Shown piece after piece: positions 1 to 13,651 of a DNA stretch of 64,000 nt; position 1 is the first letter of the stretch; every line of letters starts with the position of its first letter. This stretch comes from Podarcis tiliguerta (Eukaryota): the NCBI GenBank assembly GCA_965153285.1, contig OZ229115.1; one strand, written 5' to 3'. The notes below the pieces were generated by a model, which had not been told where the DNA came from, did not search any database, and saw nothing but the letters and a program-made list of their open reading frames with translations. The position numbers and the translations under genes are program-made.

Positions 1-1217
1 ATCCTCATTAATTCTCAAATTAGCTCTGGAAACTGCAGAGTGGGTATCCTGCTGCAACTGAGATGTGACCACCCATGATTTGGCACTGAGCTATAGATCA
101 ATAATATCTTCTCCACCAGGGACCTCTCTCAAAGTCCCACTTTGTAGCTCACTGTAGCCTTCTGCACAGTGAGGACTACAGGGGTTGTCAGCACAAAATC
201 CAACACACTATGGCAGAGACAAAAGGAGCATCTGCTGTCTGCAGAACAGCTAACTAAATAAAAGCACTCTTTGCTGTTGCACAAAATGGGCATGTCTCTC
301 CAGATTTTTGGAATCCCCTAACAATGATGCAATGCATCAAATTAATAGTCCCTGCTGTGGATCTTTCCAGAATACTTCTTTCCACATGAAATAACAGAAA
401 GTTGTTTTGTAAACTTTAAGTTGGTGTGTGATTATTCAGCTGCAAAGCTGAAGGAAAGCACACACTGGCTTCTGATACCATTGAGAGACTAAGAAACAAC
501 AAAGTGAATTGGACTCCTTGGCAGGTTTTGAATAAACACTCACAAACTTTTTATTGACAATAACCAGTCAGATAAATTAAGGATTTATACAGTTCTGTAA
601 CATGCAGAGAATAGCATTTGTAGAGAAATGAGAGATTGGAACTGAGGGAAGTCGGGGGAGGGGAAGGTGGGTCATTTTATGGGGGGAGGGGGGAAATGGG
701 GGGGAATCAAGGATGATATGTTTTAAGATAATATGTTTTGTTTAAATTCTTAATTAAAAAAATATTATTTTTAAAAAAGAGAGAGACTGCACCCCCTGCC
801 TCGCAACAAGAACATTGCGGCAATAGGAAGACCAATCTGGCTCCACCCATTGGCTAGTGAAGGTTCCTTCTCCTTCCCCTCCCTGTTTCATGTCTGTTAG
901 ATTGCAAACTTGTAGTCAGAGACTATCTTGTCTTTTGATATATGTGCAGTGCTTAGAAAATAGGCACCTTATAATAACAGTAGTCCTGTAGTTATTCGTC
1001 TGCATGTCTGTGCAGGTGTTTTGTCTTTTGCTAATGTGGGGGCCTGGAGTTTCTAAGCACCCCTGTTTTTTCTTCTGTGAAATGGGTATTATGTGGTGCC
1101 AACAACAGTTGATTCTTCTTCTTCTTTATTAAATTTATTAAACACCTTCTCTCACTGCAGGCAACTCAAGGAGTCTTGACAAAAAAAATATATTTCCAAA
1201 TGTGCCTTTGGGCCAAA

Positions 1218-1225
1218 AAGAAGAA

Positions 1226-1257
<32 letters not shown>
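1218..1257. repeat. (GAA)n microsatellite
   Basis: Direct inspection; explains the poly-S and poly-F ORFs. Confidence 0.9.
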
Positions 1258-1258
<1 letters not shown>

Positions 1259-1292
1259 AGAGAATCGGGGATTCCTGATATAATGCAATACT

Positions 1293-1637
1293 GCCTTTTC
1301 AGTACTGGCCCCAACTTGGTGGAATGCTCTGTCACAAGAGACTAGGGCCCTACGGGACTTGATATCTTTCCGCAGGGCCTGCAAGACAGAGCTGTTCCGC
1401 CTGACCTTTGGTTTGGACTCAGTCTGACCTTTATGTTTCCCTCCCCTTATGGTCTTGATTTATCGGCTACTTTAAAATGAGGCTGCATTTTAAATTGCAT
1501 TTTAACCTGTATTTTAAATTGGTCCCCCCCCCCCTTATGTTTTTACTGTGATTTTATTGTGTGTTAGCTGCCGTGAGCCTGGCTCTGGCCGGGGAGGGCG
1601 GGGTATAAGTAATAATAATAATAATAATAATAATAAT
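1293..1637 (+). mobile_element. L2-type LINE 3' end with (AAT)n tail
   Basis: Translates AFSVLAPTWWNALSQETRALRDLISFRRACKTELFRLTF (L2 ORF2 C-terminus pattern), followed by a 3' UTR and AAT repeat tail. Confidence 0.7.
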
Positions 1638-1777
1638 TACCCAGATATAATAAAATATAGGACATAAGAAGAGAGTGTCAAGGGCAACAAGTCAATGGCT
1701 GCCAAATAAAGTACAGTCTACTACTTCTATATAGATGCACAGTTTGGATACTGGAGTTTTCACAGCTCCTATCTTAC

Positions 1778-4700
1778 CCTTTTGGCGCAGCATAAGGGAG
1801 TACAGGAAATACATGCCTTCCATAGCCTGTTCACCAATTTCCTCTTGGGGGTCATTGAGACGCAGACACAGCTGACCAATCAGACGCCCAAGCTTAGGAC
1901 ATCCATCAGGTGACACCTGAATGGAGAAATTGAGAGTGCTGTCTTTTGACACAGAGGGGAAGAGAAGGAATCTTTGTGGTTCTTGAATGAAAAAAGTTCC
2001 CTTGTTTGGATGAACTGATGTTTGGAATTATATTGTCTTTTTCTGATGAGCCTTGTACCCTGTTCGGGCTATTCTCCTCACCTAGCAGTTTGAAAGCACA
2101 TCAAAGTGCAAGTAGATAAATAGGTACCCCTCCGGCGGGAAGGTAAACGGCGTTTCTGTGCGCTGCTCTGGTTCGCCAGAAGTGGCTTAGTCATGCTGGC
2201 CACATGACCCGGAAGCTGTATGCCGGCTCCCTCAGCCAATAAAGCAAGATGAAAGTGGTAACCCCAGAGTCGGCCACGACTGGACCTAATGGTCAGGGGT
2301 CCCTTTACCTTTACATAGCTGTAGCATGGTTTTTGTAGGATATAAGGGATTCAAGCTATAATAGGCCAATTTTGTCTCTAATAGACCATTTGGATATTAG
2401 AAAATGTCTTGTTCATTTGCTTCTGGCCATCCCAGGCTCTAGTCACTAATTCCCCACCCCCTTTTTCAGTAGAAGAATAGTGATGCAGAAATAAAGCACC
2501 AGATTCCAGTGAGTCCCAGTCCCTAAACTTGCTAGCACAGTCAAGAGAAGAGACATAGGGTTGCTCTTTTGTTTGGTGTGTGCATTCCTTGAACCCATCC
2601 TAGGCCCCTCTAACCTTTTCACAGTCTCTATCCACTCACTTCAGAGCACAAGAGGAATGCAATATTCACACTACAGAGCCATTCACATCTATCTACCTCC
2701 ATTTTCTGTCTTCAACATTTGCAGGTCTCACAAGACCCATTGCCCAGTCGCCTCAAGCCAGAGGGCAGAACTCACATGAAACGTGGGGCAGGTGGCTGCA
2801 AATTTTAACAGGGATACATAGGTGTTCGCTGCTCTTGCCCGCTCATGTGCTTGTCCTGATATCATCCAGGGCATCAAATGCTGCAGGGGTAGTGGGAGCA
2901 AACTGTTAGCAACTGTATAAGAAGAGAAAGTGCATACTATTGTAATTCTTCAAAGTCATGCTTTTGTCTTTCAGAAAGGAACCCAGGAAGCTGCCTTATT
3001 CCAAGTCCAGCCATCATTTCATTAAGCTCGCTATTGGCTACCCTAGGGTTTCCCAAACTTGGGTCGCCAGCTGTTTTTGGACTACAACTCCCATCATCCA
3101 TAGGTAGCAAGACTAGTGGTCAGGGATGATGGGAACTGTAGTCCAAAACAGCTAGAGACCCAAGTTTGGGAAAACCTGGGTGGGGAACTTCAGGCATGGA
3201 CCCTTCAGGTTGCTCTCTCAAAGCTGTCAAAACCTCACAGAGAGGAAGTAAGCTAGGTTACATCCTCCCTCATTTCCCCTCCCACCCTGACACTTTTCCT
3301 GGTTTCCAAAGATTAAAGAACATGGGGAAACTTCCCAAAAGTCAAGGAAATCGAAATTCCACTTTGGGTGCTTTCCTTCCGGTCTTCAAAGTTCTGAATA
3401 ATGTCATGCTAAGTACTGTCAACAATCTTATGGCTTGCTGTCTCTGGCCTCTTATTCCCGTTGTTGTAACTCTCTCTGACCAAACTGAAAGGAGCCATTC
3501 TGAATGGACATCTTTGAAAATTAATTTTAACACCCCCTAAGAAAAACAAAAAACCCACAAGTAGATTTCGGTGAATGAGGCACTTCTATGCTCCATGAGC
3601 AGCAAATGCCATTTCAACCGAAGATCTGTCTGAGAGAGCGTGGTGTGGCAATTACACTGTTTGACTATAACAGGGCACAAACTGGTTCAAATCTCTACTC
3701 AGCCATGAACCTTATTGGGTGATCTCGGGCCAGTGAGTATCTCTCATTCCACGATGACTCACATGGTTGTTGTGAGGATTGTATTGGCACGAGGAGAACC
3801 ATATACACCAAGAAAGAAAAGAAAAGAAAGACTACTTCATGAACCTAGCTATAGGGCATATTCTCATCACTTGTGATTCTTCGAGCCACAAATAGATAAC
3901 AGGAGCTTACTTCTAAGAGTGTGGCCAGTTCATCTATGTTTGGTCTTTCTGCCAATAAGCTTTTCAGCATTGATTCTATAGCCTCTAAGGTCTGCTTGTA
4001 CAATGCCTGAGAAGGAAAAAAAAATGTTGCATAATATATTACTATAACATTGCAGGTGCAACACCTTCGGGAGAGGAAAAGTAAACTCTACACAAATCTG
4101 GAGTGGAGTCCCTAAGATGGTTGGGTGGCACCTTGTACGCCTCCTTCCAGCAACTCCTGCAGCCAAGCTGGTGCCAAACGCATTGCTCTGCTTTCCTTTG
4201 GACCACTGCAAAAGCAACACGGGAGGCAGCAGTTACAAGTTACCAGTCTCTGGGCCCACAGCTGTGATTCTCCAGCAGTTTGACTTCACCCCTGGAGGTG
4301 CACTCCATTGTCTCTTGAGACAGATAGATGCCAACAGTGTCCATGAACTGACATAACTAATAAAGCTGTGATTCAAAAGCCCCATTACAATGCATAATAT
4401 GCTCAGTGTATTTCGTCCTACTTTTGCCCAAGGATGAGTTAAGATGGTTGGGGGCCCTGGTGCAGTTCCCAAAATAGGGTCCCCTTCTTCCTAAAAAAAG
4501 GAATGCATGAAGTAAGGTCCCACAGAATAGTTTTGTGATATCTTAAAGATTAACATGTTTATAATGGCATAAGCTTTCTTGAACTACATGTAAAAACCCT
4601 CTTTCACACTCTCAGCAAACTGCAGGCATTTTTTGTCTTTTTTGTGACCTTTGATAAACAAAAACTCATTGTTTTTGCTCACTTCCTGCCCTGGCCCGGT

Positions 4701-7700
4701 CACCAACCCAGCCTCACCTAGCTCACATGGTCATTGTGAAGATATAGAAGGTACAAAATGGCATCAAAAGGGAACTTAGTGCTTGTATCATCAACATCAA
4801 ATTTGGGTTCCTTTAACCAGACTGATGTATCTTTGTTCCACATAGGGTCATGTTTTTGTGCTCCCCCTTCCCCAATTCAGTACAGTTCTTTCTATTTCCT
4901 TTTAAAACCTTATAGATTCAAACAGCGAGATGTTCTTATTCGGGCACATACCATACCCTCTCCATAAGCAGTAAATCTTATGTCCCCCCAGGCTGGACTC
5001 AAAATCTCACCAGCCCCAGCTAGAATGGCCAAAGGCAAGGAATGATAGGAGCTACAACCCAGCAAGAGACATCTGGAGGGACACAGTCCCCCACCCCCCA
5101 CCTGCAACAAAGTGAGAAAATACCTGTACGTCAACTTCTTCCTTGCTCTGACTTTGTAAGGTGTCAACCGAGGGCAAGGCAAAGACGCTGGCAATGCAAG
5201 TGCTGAGCAGCTTCTCTTTAGGCCAATGAGAAGGCTCCACGTGGCTGAGGAATGGTGGTCGGGGGAGAAGAAACAGAGCATTCAATGTGCGTTACGATTC
5301 TTCCTTATGGAAGTGGAGCGGTCAGCTTAACACAGAAAAAGTCCAGAGTACTGAGGAAAGAAAATAAACTATGTCTGAGCTGTGTAGTGCCTACTGGAAT
5401 GGGCAGGCTACAAAGGGGTAGCCACTGACCTGAATCTGGTGTGGGTATGCCTACCTTGAGCCCATGGCTCTGACTGGAATTCAGAACTACCAGGGTCAAG
5501 ATCAGAGGACTCCATGCTCACCAATGTAGGTCACGTGATTCGTCAGTAGCGCAATAAAGCAAGACAATCCCTTCCATATCAACGGAGCTGAGACGGGTTT
5601 GGCTTTTCTATGTAGTTTGTTTCAAATAATTCCACAGATACAAATGATAATAATAATAATAATAATAATAATTCTTTATACCCCACCCATCTGGCTGGGT
5701 TACCCCAGCCTGAGGCAGTCTCTCCCTGATGGCATTATTCAACTCTATTCTTAGCACTTTTCTTCTGAGCTTTGCTTCAACATTTGGGTCACGGGGGGTG
5801 TTGGGTTGTAGATCCGACATACCTTAGGTCCTGAATGAGAAGCATCCCCTGACAGCGCAAAGCTGTGGAGTGTGAGTCGATGCTGTCCAGAGGCAGGTCT
5901 AAAATCTGTGCCTGTGAAAGAGCAGCAGCAAATTCTGTGAGGAAGAACTGTTCACGTGTCTGCTCTGTTCACCAACGTTGCTGCTACAGCTGCACTAATG
6001 TGTGATTTCCTCCCCTGCACTGGTCAAACACTGACACCAATTTTACAAGCTATTAAATACACAAATAAAGGATGTGCATTGCATCTGACTCACCATTGTT
6101 TGCTCCACCAGCTGCAATTTCTGATTCCCATGCTGATAGTTTTGATTACCGTTCCCACTCATTTTTGAATCGAATTCCTGTGAACGCATATGAGACTAGC
6201 AAGAAAAGGGTGGAAGATTTTGATAGCACTTTCACATATGACCGTATTTGTTCAGAACCAGTTTCCAGAGCCAGTTGCATCATAACATGTGAAAGGAGGG
6301 CAATAGAATGCCGAATGGCATTAGACATTCTGCTGATTGCCCGGTATTCTCTGCTTTAACACAGAAAACACGCATTGAACATCAAGCCAGTAAGGTAAAG
6401 ATAAAGGACCCCGGATGGTTAAGTCCAGTCAAAGGTGACTATGGGGTTGCGGCGCTCTTCTCGCTTTCAGGCCGAGAGAGCTGGCATTTGTCCACAGACA
6501 GTTTTCTGGGTTGTGTGGTCAGCATGACTAAACCACTTCTGGTGCAACGGAACACCATGACAGAAGCCAGAGCCCATGGAAATGTTGTTTACCTTCACGC
6601 TGCAGTAGTACCTATTTATCTACTTGCACTGGCATTCTTTTGAACTGCTAGGTTGGCAGGAGCTGGGACCGAGCAACAGGAGCTGCCTCCCTCATGGGGA
6701 TTCAAACCACCAACCTTCCAATCAGCAGCCGAAGAGGCTCAGTGGTTTAGACCACAGCGCCACCGGTGTCCCCAGCCAGCCAGTACAGTGGTACCTTGGG
6801 TTACATACGGTTCAGGTTACAGACTCCGCTAACCCAGAAATAATACCTCGGGTTAAGAACTTTGCTTCAGGATGAGAACAGAAATCGCACGGCGGCAGCG
6901 GGAGGCCCCATTAGCTAAAGTGGTACTTCAGGTTAAAAACAGTTTCAGGTTAAGAACGGACCTGCAGAACGAATTAAGTACGTAACCAGAGGTACCACTG
7001 TACTGGGATACAGGAAGGGAGCAGTATCTTTTTCATGGAAAGCTGTTTACTAAGACTTTGAACATAATAATTGGAAATCAGTACCATCTCTGCTTCCTCT
7101 ATTTCCTTCACTCACAATCAGTTCGCCTTCCCTTAGTCTTCCCTGAACAAAGGCAAAAAAGTAATCCCTATGATTATACAAGGGCCAGGTCGTCTGAATG
7201 GGAAAAGGAAGACTAAGTTCTAAGAGCTCAAGTCACCATAGTAAAAAAATAATAAAAAAGAGGAATATTTTTATTTTGCAAGACTTCAAGACTTTGAAGT
7301 CAGCAAATTATCTATAAGCTAACATGGAAGGTGAGTCCGTGACTGGGATGGGCCCATGAGAAGAGGGACCCTCATTATACTGGTATAGTCTGATCTCCTC
7401 CGTTAGCACCATACCCCAAATTGAAATTATCTACTATTCACTAAAACTTTATGCCTTCCAAAGTTGAGCTCTTGCACTGAAATGAGTTCTGAAGCTATCT
7501 AATATTAAGGTTCAGGTATATGCAGAATATTGCAGATGTGTATTTACTGTTGAGAGGAAAGGGCAATGTTAGAGTTAGCAGAGTATTAGGAACAGGTTCC
7601 TACCATTTTATCACGGTCATCAGAGGCTAGCGGTGTTTCCTTTTCCTTTCCTTTTGCGTCATACAGCATCATTCCATAGGCATTGCTGGAGGTTACTGAA

Positions 7701-8282
7701 GCTGTTACAAATAAAAAGTAAATGGAACTGAGGTTGCAGTTGGTACAAAAATGTCTCCTGGTACTGTTACTCTAACACAGGGGTGGATAACCTTTGGCCT
7801 CCCAGATGTTGCTGCCATCATCCTTTGTCAATGGCCCTGCTTGCTAGAGCTGGGAGTTGTAGCTCAGCAACATTTGAGGGCCAAAGGGTTCCCACCCCTG
7901 CTGCCGGGGTGTGTAATAATGAGCCGAAGACTAAGACATGCAAAAATCTCCTTCCTCCAAACATAGCTCTTTTGTTCACTTCTAATCTTGAGCCATTTAT
8001 TTGGGACTCTTTCTTTGAAACTCAATGGTAGGTCATCAGGAAGTTAAAACATAGTTTCATGGTGCAAATTAAGACTTCCAGCTGAGGAAGGGTTCTATGC
8101 AAGTAGAAATCCTCCAATTGCAGTCTTCATCTAACTTCATCTAACCATAGCGAGAGTATGGGGTTTTGGTATCTATCATCTACTTACCAACATTATTTCC
8201 ATTCCACTTAATATATAAAATATATCTCACTCAGAGTTCTTTCTCCAGTCTCTGCCCCTTCTTCGGCAGTTGCTTTAGTAGA
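1778..8282 (-). CDS. MROH7: Maestro heat-like repeat-containing protein 7-like, partial (5'/middle exons; gene continues off the left edge)
   Basis: Phase-compatible GT-AG exons on the minus strand: 6177(or 6195)-6094 EFDSKMSGNGNQNYQHGNQKLQLVEQTM; 5911-5823 AQILDLPLDSIDSHSTALRCQGMLLIQDL; 5244-5124 SHVEPSHWPKEKLLSTCIASVFALPSVDTLQSQSKEEVDVQ; 4006-3911 ALYKQTLEAIESMLKSLLAERPNIDELATLLE; 2880-2776 HLMPWMISGQAHERARAANTYVSLLKFAATCPTFH; 1916-1778 VSPDGCPKLGRLIGQLCLRLNDPQEEIGEQAMEGMYFLYSLMLRQK. These match recalled human MROH7 segments (SVFSLPSV, ALYHQTLEAL, PWMNSGKAHERARA, GDPDEEIG), and MROH7 is a PARS2 neighbour in human. Upstream exons 7701-7604 and 8282-8231 are phase-compatible but tentative; start codon not established. 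Confidence 0.85.
2080..2314 (+). mobile_element. Sauria SINE, 5'-truncated
   Basis: gtgcaagtagataaataggtac core, gtcatgctggccacatgacc, and an ACCTTT-type tail. Confidence 0.85.
3044..3178. mobile_element. Short palindromic MITE (ggactacaactcccatcatcc family)
   Basis: Near-perfect inverted arms cccaaacttgggtc...gacccaagtttggg. Degenerate relatives near 7778, 12565, 14605, 18305 and 39080. Confidence 0.75.
6390..6772 (-). mobile_element. Sauria SINE, near full length
   Basis: Reverse-complement ACCTTT tail (gtaaggtaaag), gtacctatttatctacttgcac core, tRNA-like head at the right end. Confidence 0.85.
6786..7000. mobile_element. Tc1/mariner-type MITE
   Basis: TIRs CAGTGGTACCT...AGGTACCACTG flanked by a TA duplication. 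Same family as 54582-54823 and 55560-55801. Confidence 0.88.
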
Positions 8283-10289
8283 CTGGTAAAAATCTAACTA
8301 TCAAATTGCCAGTCTAATTTTGGTACAACGGCAAAATCAGAGCCGAAAAAGACTGATATTTCTTTACTTCACACAGGCCCCAAAGCTGTTTGGTCAAGTA
8401 CTTAGGAAGTTACCTTATAGTGAATCTGGCTATTGGTTCATCTAGTTCAGTACTTGATTACAATTTTTCACACAAGTGCCTGCTAGGCATCAGTGAGGAG
8501 CCTGATGTTTCAATTTTGTGTAAGTTCTGCCTGGTGGTTTAAAGTAGTAACAGATGCATTGTTGCACCTGTGTTTTATTTTACCACATCATTTAAAAACT
8601 TGTTATCTCACTTTGGAATTGCCCGTGGCAATAAAAAGTGGGTAAGAAATTATTTAAATAAACTAAACTGAACTGGGTGATATCCAATGTGAGTAAACAT
8701 CACAGTAGATTCCACGGACTTGATTCCAGTGGGTCTGCTCTGAGTGTCACTTAGCTGGGTATCATCCACTGACTTGCAGTGGCTTCCCAAGGTCTTTTGG
8801 ATGTTATGGTTCCCTAAAGATAAACATTTAGAAGCATTAACCTAGGCAAATAAGGTTGAAGCTTGTGAATTGTCAGACGCACATTGGGGAATGAGCTAAA
8901 AGATTCGAGTTTTAGTATTTATGCCTTATATATTATACTTAGTTCTTCACTCTACATATTTACTCTCCAAACCCTAGAGGTCATTTGTCTTCACCTTCAG
9001 AAATTGTATCTGGCAGGCAGTTATCCAGCAGCAGGGGATTCTTGGATAATTCTGTCTTTGTCGTCAGGGGGCACTGTTGAATTGTTTGGACTTCAGCTGA
9101 CTCTTCATTCTCAGTTTTTTTTATTTCATTTTCCATCTTTGGGATCACAGAGAGTTTATGTTTGTTTGTTTGTTTGTTTGTTTGCTTGTTAAGTACCAGA
9201 AGAGCAACTGATTCTTCACCAGCTAGAAAAAGATTGATGGTATTGTCCTTCCCTCCTTCATTCACAAAGATCTATAGTAAGATCCATTTTGAAAATCTTG
9301 ACCCATAGCTTGACTTCTCCAGACTTTGGCGTTCCAGTCTTGAAGACCGATGTTCACAACATGAGCAGTGTTCCTGTATGAGAGTCAGGAATTTAGAATA
9401 TCAGTGATGCCTCACTGGTGAACTTCAAATATTTTGCCTTGCAGATTTTCGGCTGGCTTTGGTCCTCCTGCTGTTGCATTGCTGTGAGATGGTTTAAGCC
9501 ATGCTTTAGTTTAGTGTCACCTGAATCTGGGCTCATCGTTTCTCTTGCTCCAGACAAAGTACATGCCACAAATAAAGTTTGCCTCCAGTTCTGGAGGAAA
9601 CAACTCATGAGCCCAAACTCAGGCAACATGCTAAGCCAAAGCATGGCTTACTCACAGCAGGACTTGTGGATGAACAAAGTGGCCTCCATCTGGCAGCTTC
9701 CACACTCATGCATTCACATCAAACCATGGGTTGACTTACGTGTAAACTAAGGCATATAGAGTTGTGGTGGAATCAAGCCTTCACATTGTGATTAGGGCTG
9801 AAGAATGTCCAATACCCTATTAAAAACAAAGCAACTGTATTGGAGAGGACCCCAACAGCCAGACTCTCTTCTGAGCTGATCGGTAGAGAGTTCTGTGTAC
9901 ATACAGAAGCTATCAGCTTTTATAGAGATGGTGATGTTATTACAACTTGATTAATTAGAGATCACAAGATATTAGCTGGGGGGGGGGAGGAAAACAGCAT
10001 TGGTGGTCAAAAACCCTTCACCTTTTAAATTTTATGCTTGTTTTACGCTCTAACCATGAAATTTAGATAGCAAATGGCTCAAGCCTATGCAGTCCAAGAT
10101 CCTTGCAGAACCCAGAGCTATATATTTTGGTTCCATAGGCAGCTCTTCTAACCCCTTTAAGAGAAGAAAGTATAAAAGACAGTCTAGTGCCTTTGTAAAA
10201 AGAAAAGTTGACAACCAATTCAGATTTTGATACGACATGTTTGGAAAGCAGTAGTCAGCACTGGGAATGTGAAAACCAATATGCCTTGT

Positions 10290-10785
10290 GGTTGGAATCA
10301 CAGCTAAAGAATCTCTGACAGATGACCATCCAACCTCTCTTGAAATACCTCTACAGAAGGACAGTCCACCACCTCCCGAGGGAGCCTGTTCCACTGCTGA
10401 ACAGCTCTTACTATTGGAAATTTCTCCCAAATGCTTCATCAGAATCATTTGAATCCACTTGAATTCAGGTCCCATGCTCTGGAACAGCAGAAAACAATTT
10501 CGCTCCATCTTCCATGTGACAGCCCTTAAGACATTTGAAGCTGGCTGTCATATCAGTTCTCCTCTCCTCCAGGCTAAACATATCCAATTCCCTCAACTGT
10601 TCCTCATAAGACTTGGTTTCCAGACACTATCATACTGGTCACCCTTCTCTGCAGACCATCTAGCTTGTCAATATTCTTCTTGAACTGTGGTGCCCAGAAC
10701 TGGACACAGGACTCCAGGTGGGATCTGACCAAGGCAGAATAGAGTGGTACTATTACTTCTCTTGATCTGGGCAGTATACTTCTTT
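10290..10785 (-). mobile_element. CR1 LINE 3' fragment
   Basis: Antisense CR1 ORF2 end motifs (tgtggtgcccagaactggacacaggactccagg, ctcctccaggctaaacat, ctgttccactgctgaacagctcttac). Confidence 0.8.
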
Positions 10786-10821
10786 TATAAGAGGCTCAGC
10801 TGATCCCTACAGAAAGCTCAC

Positions 10822-11653
10822 ACACTTGCTTACTTGTTGGTGAACACGCACAGTCATTTGCTAGTTTCACATTCCTTTTCCTCGGATGGAAAAAAGGTCT
10901 TACTAGTCAATGTCACAATGGAGATGTTTGTGTCATCATTCAAGCCAACAGTGCTGGTTGTATAGTATCTAAGATCCTGAACACAATGGGTAAGGTAGCT
11001 GACCATGGTTATAGAATAATACTCGCTGTCTTGAGCAATGCTCTTTCCTTGGACCTGTCTTGTATCCCTTAGCAGTATGCTATTGTTTTGGGTAGGTTAT
11101 CATCCCTACTTCCATCTCTCAGTTTCTTGGGATTTGCATAGAAATAATCCATAATTAAACATGCCAAACAGATTTGTTACATTTATATTTAGTATCTCAG
11201 AAACATGGGACTGAAAATCAGTAGAATTGCCAAGGCGACCTAGTCATGTACTAAATGATGCTGAAACATTTGTGGATAAAGGTATTAGACCAGATACTGA
11301 GGAACTGATGGACGCAACCATAGAGACTCAGTTGAGCAGATCAGAAAAAGAAATACACTTGCTTACTTGTTGGTGATTGCTCCCAGCCGTTTGCTGGGTT
11401 CACATTCCTTTTCCTCTGAGGGAAGATAGGGCTTACTAGTCAATGTCACAATGGAGAGGTTTGTGTCATCATTCAAGACAACACTGCTGGTTGCATTGGA
11501 TCCAAGATCCTGGGTAAGGGAGCTGAACATGGTTGTGGAATACTGTAATACTTGCTGTCTTGAGCACTGTCCTTTCCTTGGCCCTGTCTTGTATCCCTTA
11601 GCAGTACACTATTGTTCGGGGTAGGGAATCATCCATACTTCCACCTCTCAGTT
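10822..11653. repeat. Local direct duplication of a ~300-bp unit (10822-11124 and 11355-11653)
   Basis: Both units start acacttgcttacttgttggtga and share cttactagtcaatgtcacaatggaga, tttgtgtcatcattcaag and ctgtcttgtatcccttagcagta. Confidence 0.9.
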
Positions 11654-13043
11654 ATTTCTTCTGTCAAGAAGAATGATTCCGAAGGAGCCCTCCACTTTTA
11701 CTGGTCCAGGGAGGATGGGTGAAAGAGAGCCCAAGTATATGAAACAGAGAGACCCCCCCAAAAGGGAGGGTAGTCCCCCCCCCAACTCTCCCGGTCACAG
11801 GAACACAGTGGGAGGAAGCAACCTGGCATTTCATTCTCATCTCGTAGCACACCAGAAGAACACCAGCAAGAGTAACTACAACCCCAGACGAAACCAGAGT
11901 CATTATCCCAGGAGACGCAGGCTTAATGCAATGGCTGCTTTTGCTTACATGCTGATCTTCAAGCAGGCCAATCCAAGCCATATTTATTTGTGGATAAATT
12001 CCACTGAATTCAGTGGGCACAGGACTTCCTTTGCAGTAATTCTAAGCACAGCGAACCATGCCTGGTTATGCCTGGCACACCCAGGGGGAGCCAGAGTCTG
12101 GGTCACATCCTGGTCCAAAGTGGGTCACAGCAGCAGCACTATCACCACACAAATATCTGGTAGAGAGAGAGAGAGAAATGGGTTCCCCAATGCACTTTGG
12201 GGTTAAAGGAGAGTCCTGGATTTCAAAAGGTTGAAAACTACTATCCTAAGTGATCAGTTTGCTGCTGGTTTGAGATTTGTACAATTTGACGACAACGATG
12301 CTCTAAGCAGACTGAAGCTAAATTCCACAGAATAGGATTTATTGTAAGGATGCTTTTATTCCCAAGAAAATGTGTGAGAGATAGTAAGAAAAGGGGGGGG
12401 GGGGGGGGAGGAGAGAACAATGACAAATCATGGTAACATCCCTACCAGATATCTAAGTTAAATGGTTATGCACTTAAATGGTATTTCAGAGTACTCAAAG
12501 CACTCCACCTATGTAGTTCTTGTTTGGATGTAACAAACTATGCTTTTACATTACATGAACAAGTACAGGGATGGGGAATGTGTGATTCTCCAATTGTTGA
12601 ACTCCCATCAGCCCAAGGCAATGTGACCAGGCCTTCTCAGAGGCCTGGGGAGGCTCATAGACCCCTTCCAGCTTCTGAGGCCCCATAATAATAAATGCAG
12701 TTATATGACAACATGCAAGAACAAAATGAGGCATGTGGGCGGGGGAGGAGGAAATAAGACATAATTAGATTTTTAAAAAAGAATACTTTTCCAGTCTCTT
12801 TCTGTGCAAATGCACTTATTCTTGAGGGAAAATCTTGCTTACATGCAATGTCACATTTAGCATGTGGCAAAATCTGCATCACTTAACAAAAAAGTAATGT
12901 CTTTTATCAAATCTCAACTCTTATTTGCTTAAATTTGCAGTTCTGAACTTATGAGTGTATTGCAATTTGATCCGCTGTACATAAAAACAAGTTGCAAAAC
13001 TTAACAAGTGCCTGTATTTGAGGCCCACTTTAAGCTAAATTGT

Positions 13044-13428
13044 TGTTGTTTAGTCGTTCAGTCGTGTCCGACTCTTCGTGACCCCATGGACCAGAGCACG
13101 CCAGGCACTCCTGTCTTCCACTGCCACCTGCAGTTTGGTCAGGTTCATGTTTGTAGCTTCGAGAACACTGTCTAACCATCTCATCCTCTGTCGTCCCCTT
13201 CTCCTGGTGCCCTCCATCTTTCCCAGCATCAAGGTCTTTTCCAAGGAATCTTCTCTTCTCATGAGGTGGCCAAAGTATTGGAGCCTCAGCTTCACGATCT
13301 GTCCTTCCAGTGAGCACTCGGGGCTAATTTCCTTAAGAATGGATGCATTTGATCTTCTTGCAGTCCATGGGACTCTCAAGAGTCTCCTCCAGCACCATAA
13401 TTCAAAAGCGTCAATTCTTCGACAATTC
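13044..13428 (-). mobile_element. BovB/RTE LINE, 5'-truncated, with 14-bp target-site duplication
   Basis: ORF ...LRLQYFGHLMRREDSLEKTLMLGKMEGTRRRGRQRMRWLD...AWRALVHGVTKSRTRLND is the BovB C-terminus. (CAA)n tail. TSD ttaagctaaattgt at 13030-13043 and 13429-13442. Confidence 0.93.
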
Positions 13429-13515
13429 TTAAGCTAAATTGTCTTTCTCCAATTGGCTCTGAACATGGCAAAGGGTGAGGGAAGATGGGAGGTGTAAGCC
13501 AACACCTTCTAGAGC

Positions 13516-13651
13516 AGCGGTTCTCAACCTGTGGGTCCCCAGATGTTGTTGGACTACAACTCCCATCATCCCTGAACTCTGGTCTTGCTAGCTAGAGGTG
13601 ATGGGAGTTGTAGTTCAACAACATCTGGGGACCCACAGGTTGAGAAAGGCT
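13516..13651. mobile_element. Palindromic MITE
   Basis: ttctcaacctgtgggtccccagatgttgttggactacaactcccatca and its reverse complement form the two arms. Confidence 0.85.

Noticed and set aside
8860-9600. Possible large N-terminal MROH7 exon
   Set aside because: Only short open frames interrupted by stops and a (TTTG)n repeat; I could not build a continuous spliceable frame.
11673-12206. 177-aa plus-strand ORF
   Set aside because: No homology or splice context recognisable; composition is not convincingly coding.
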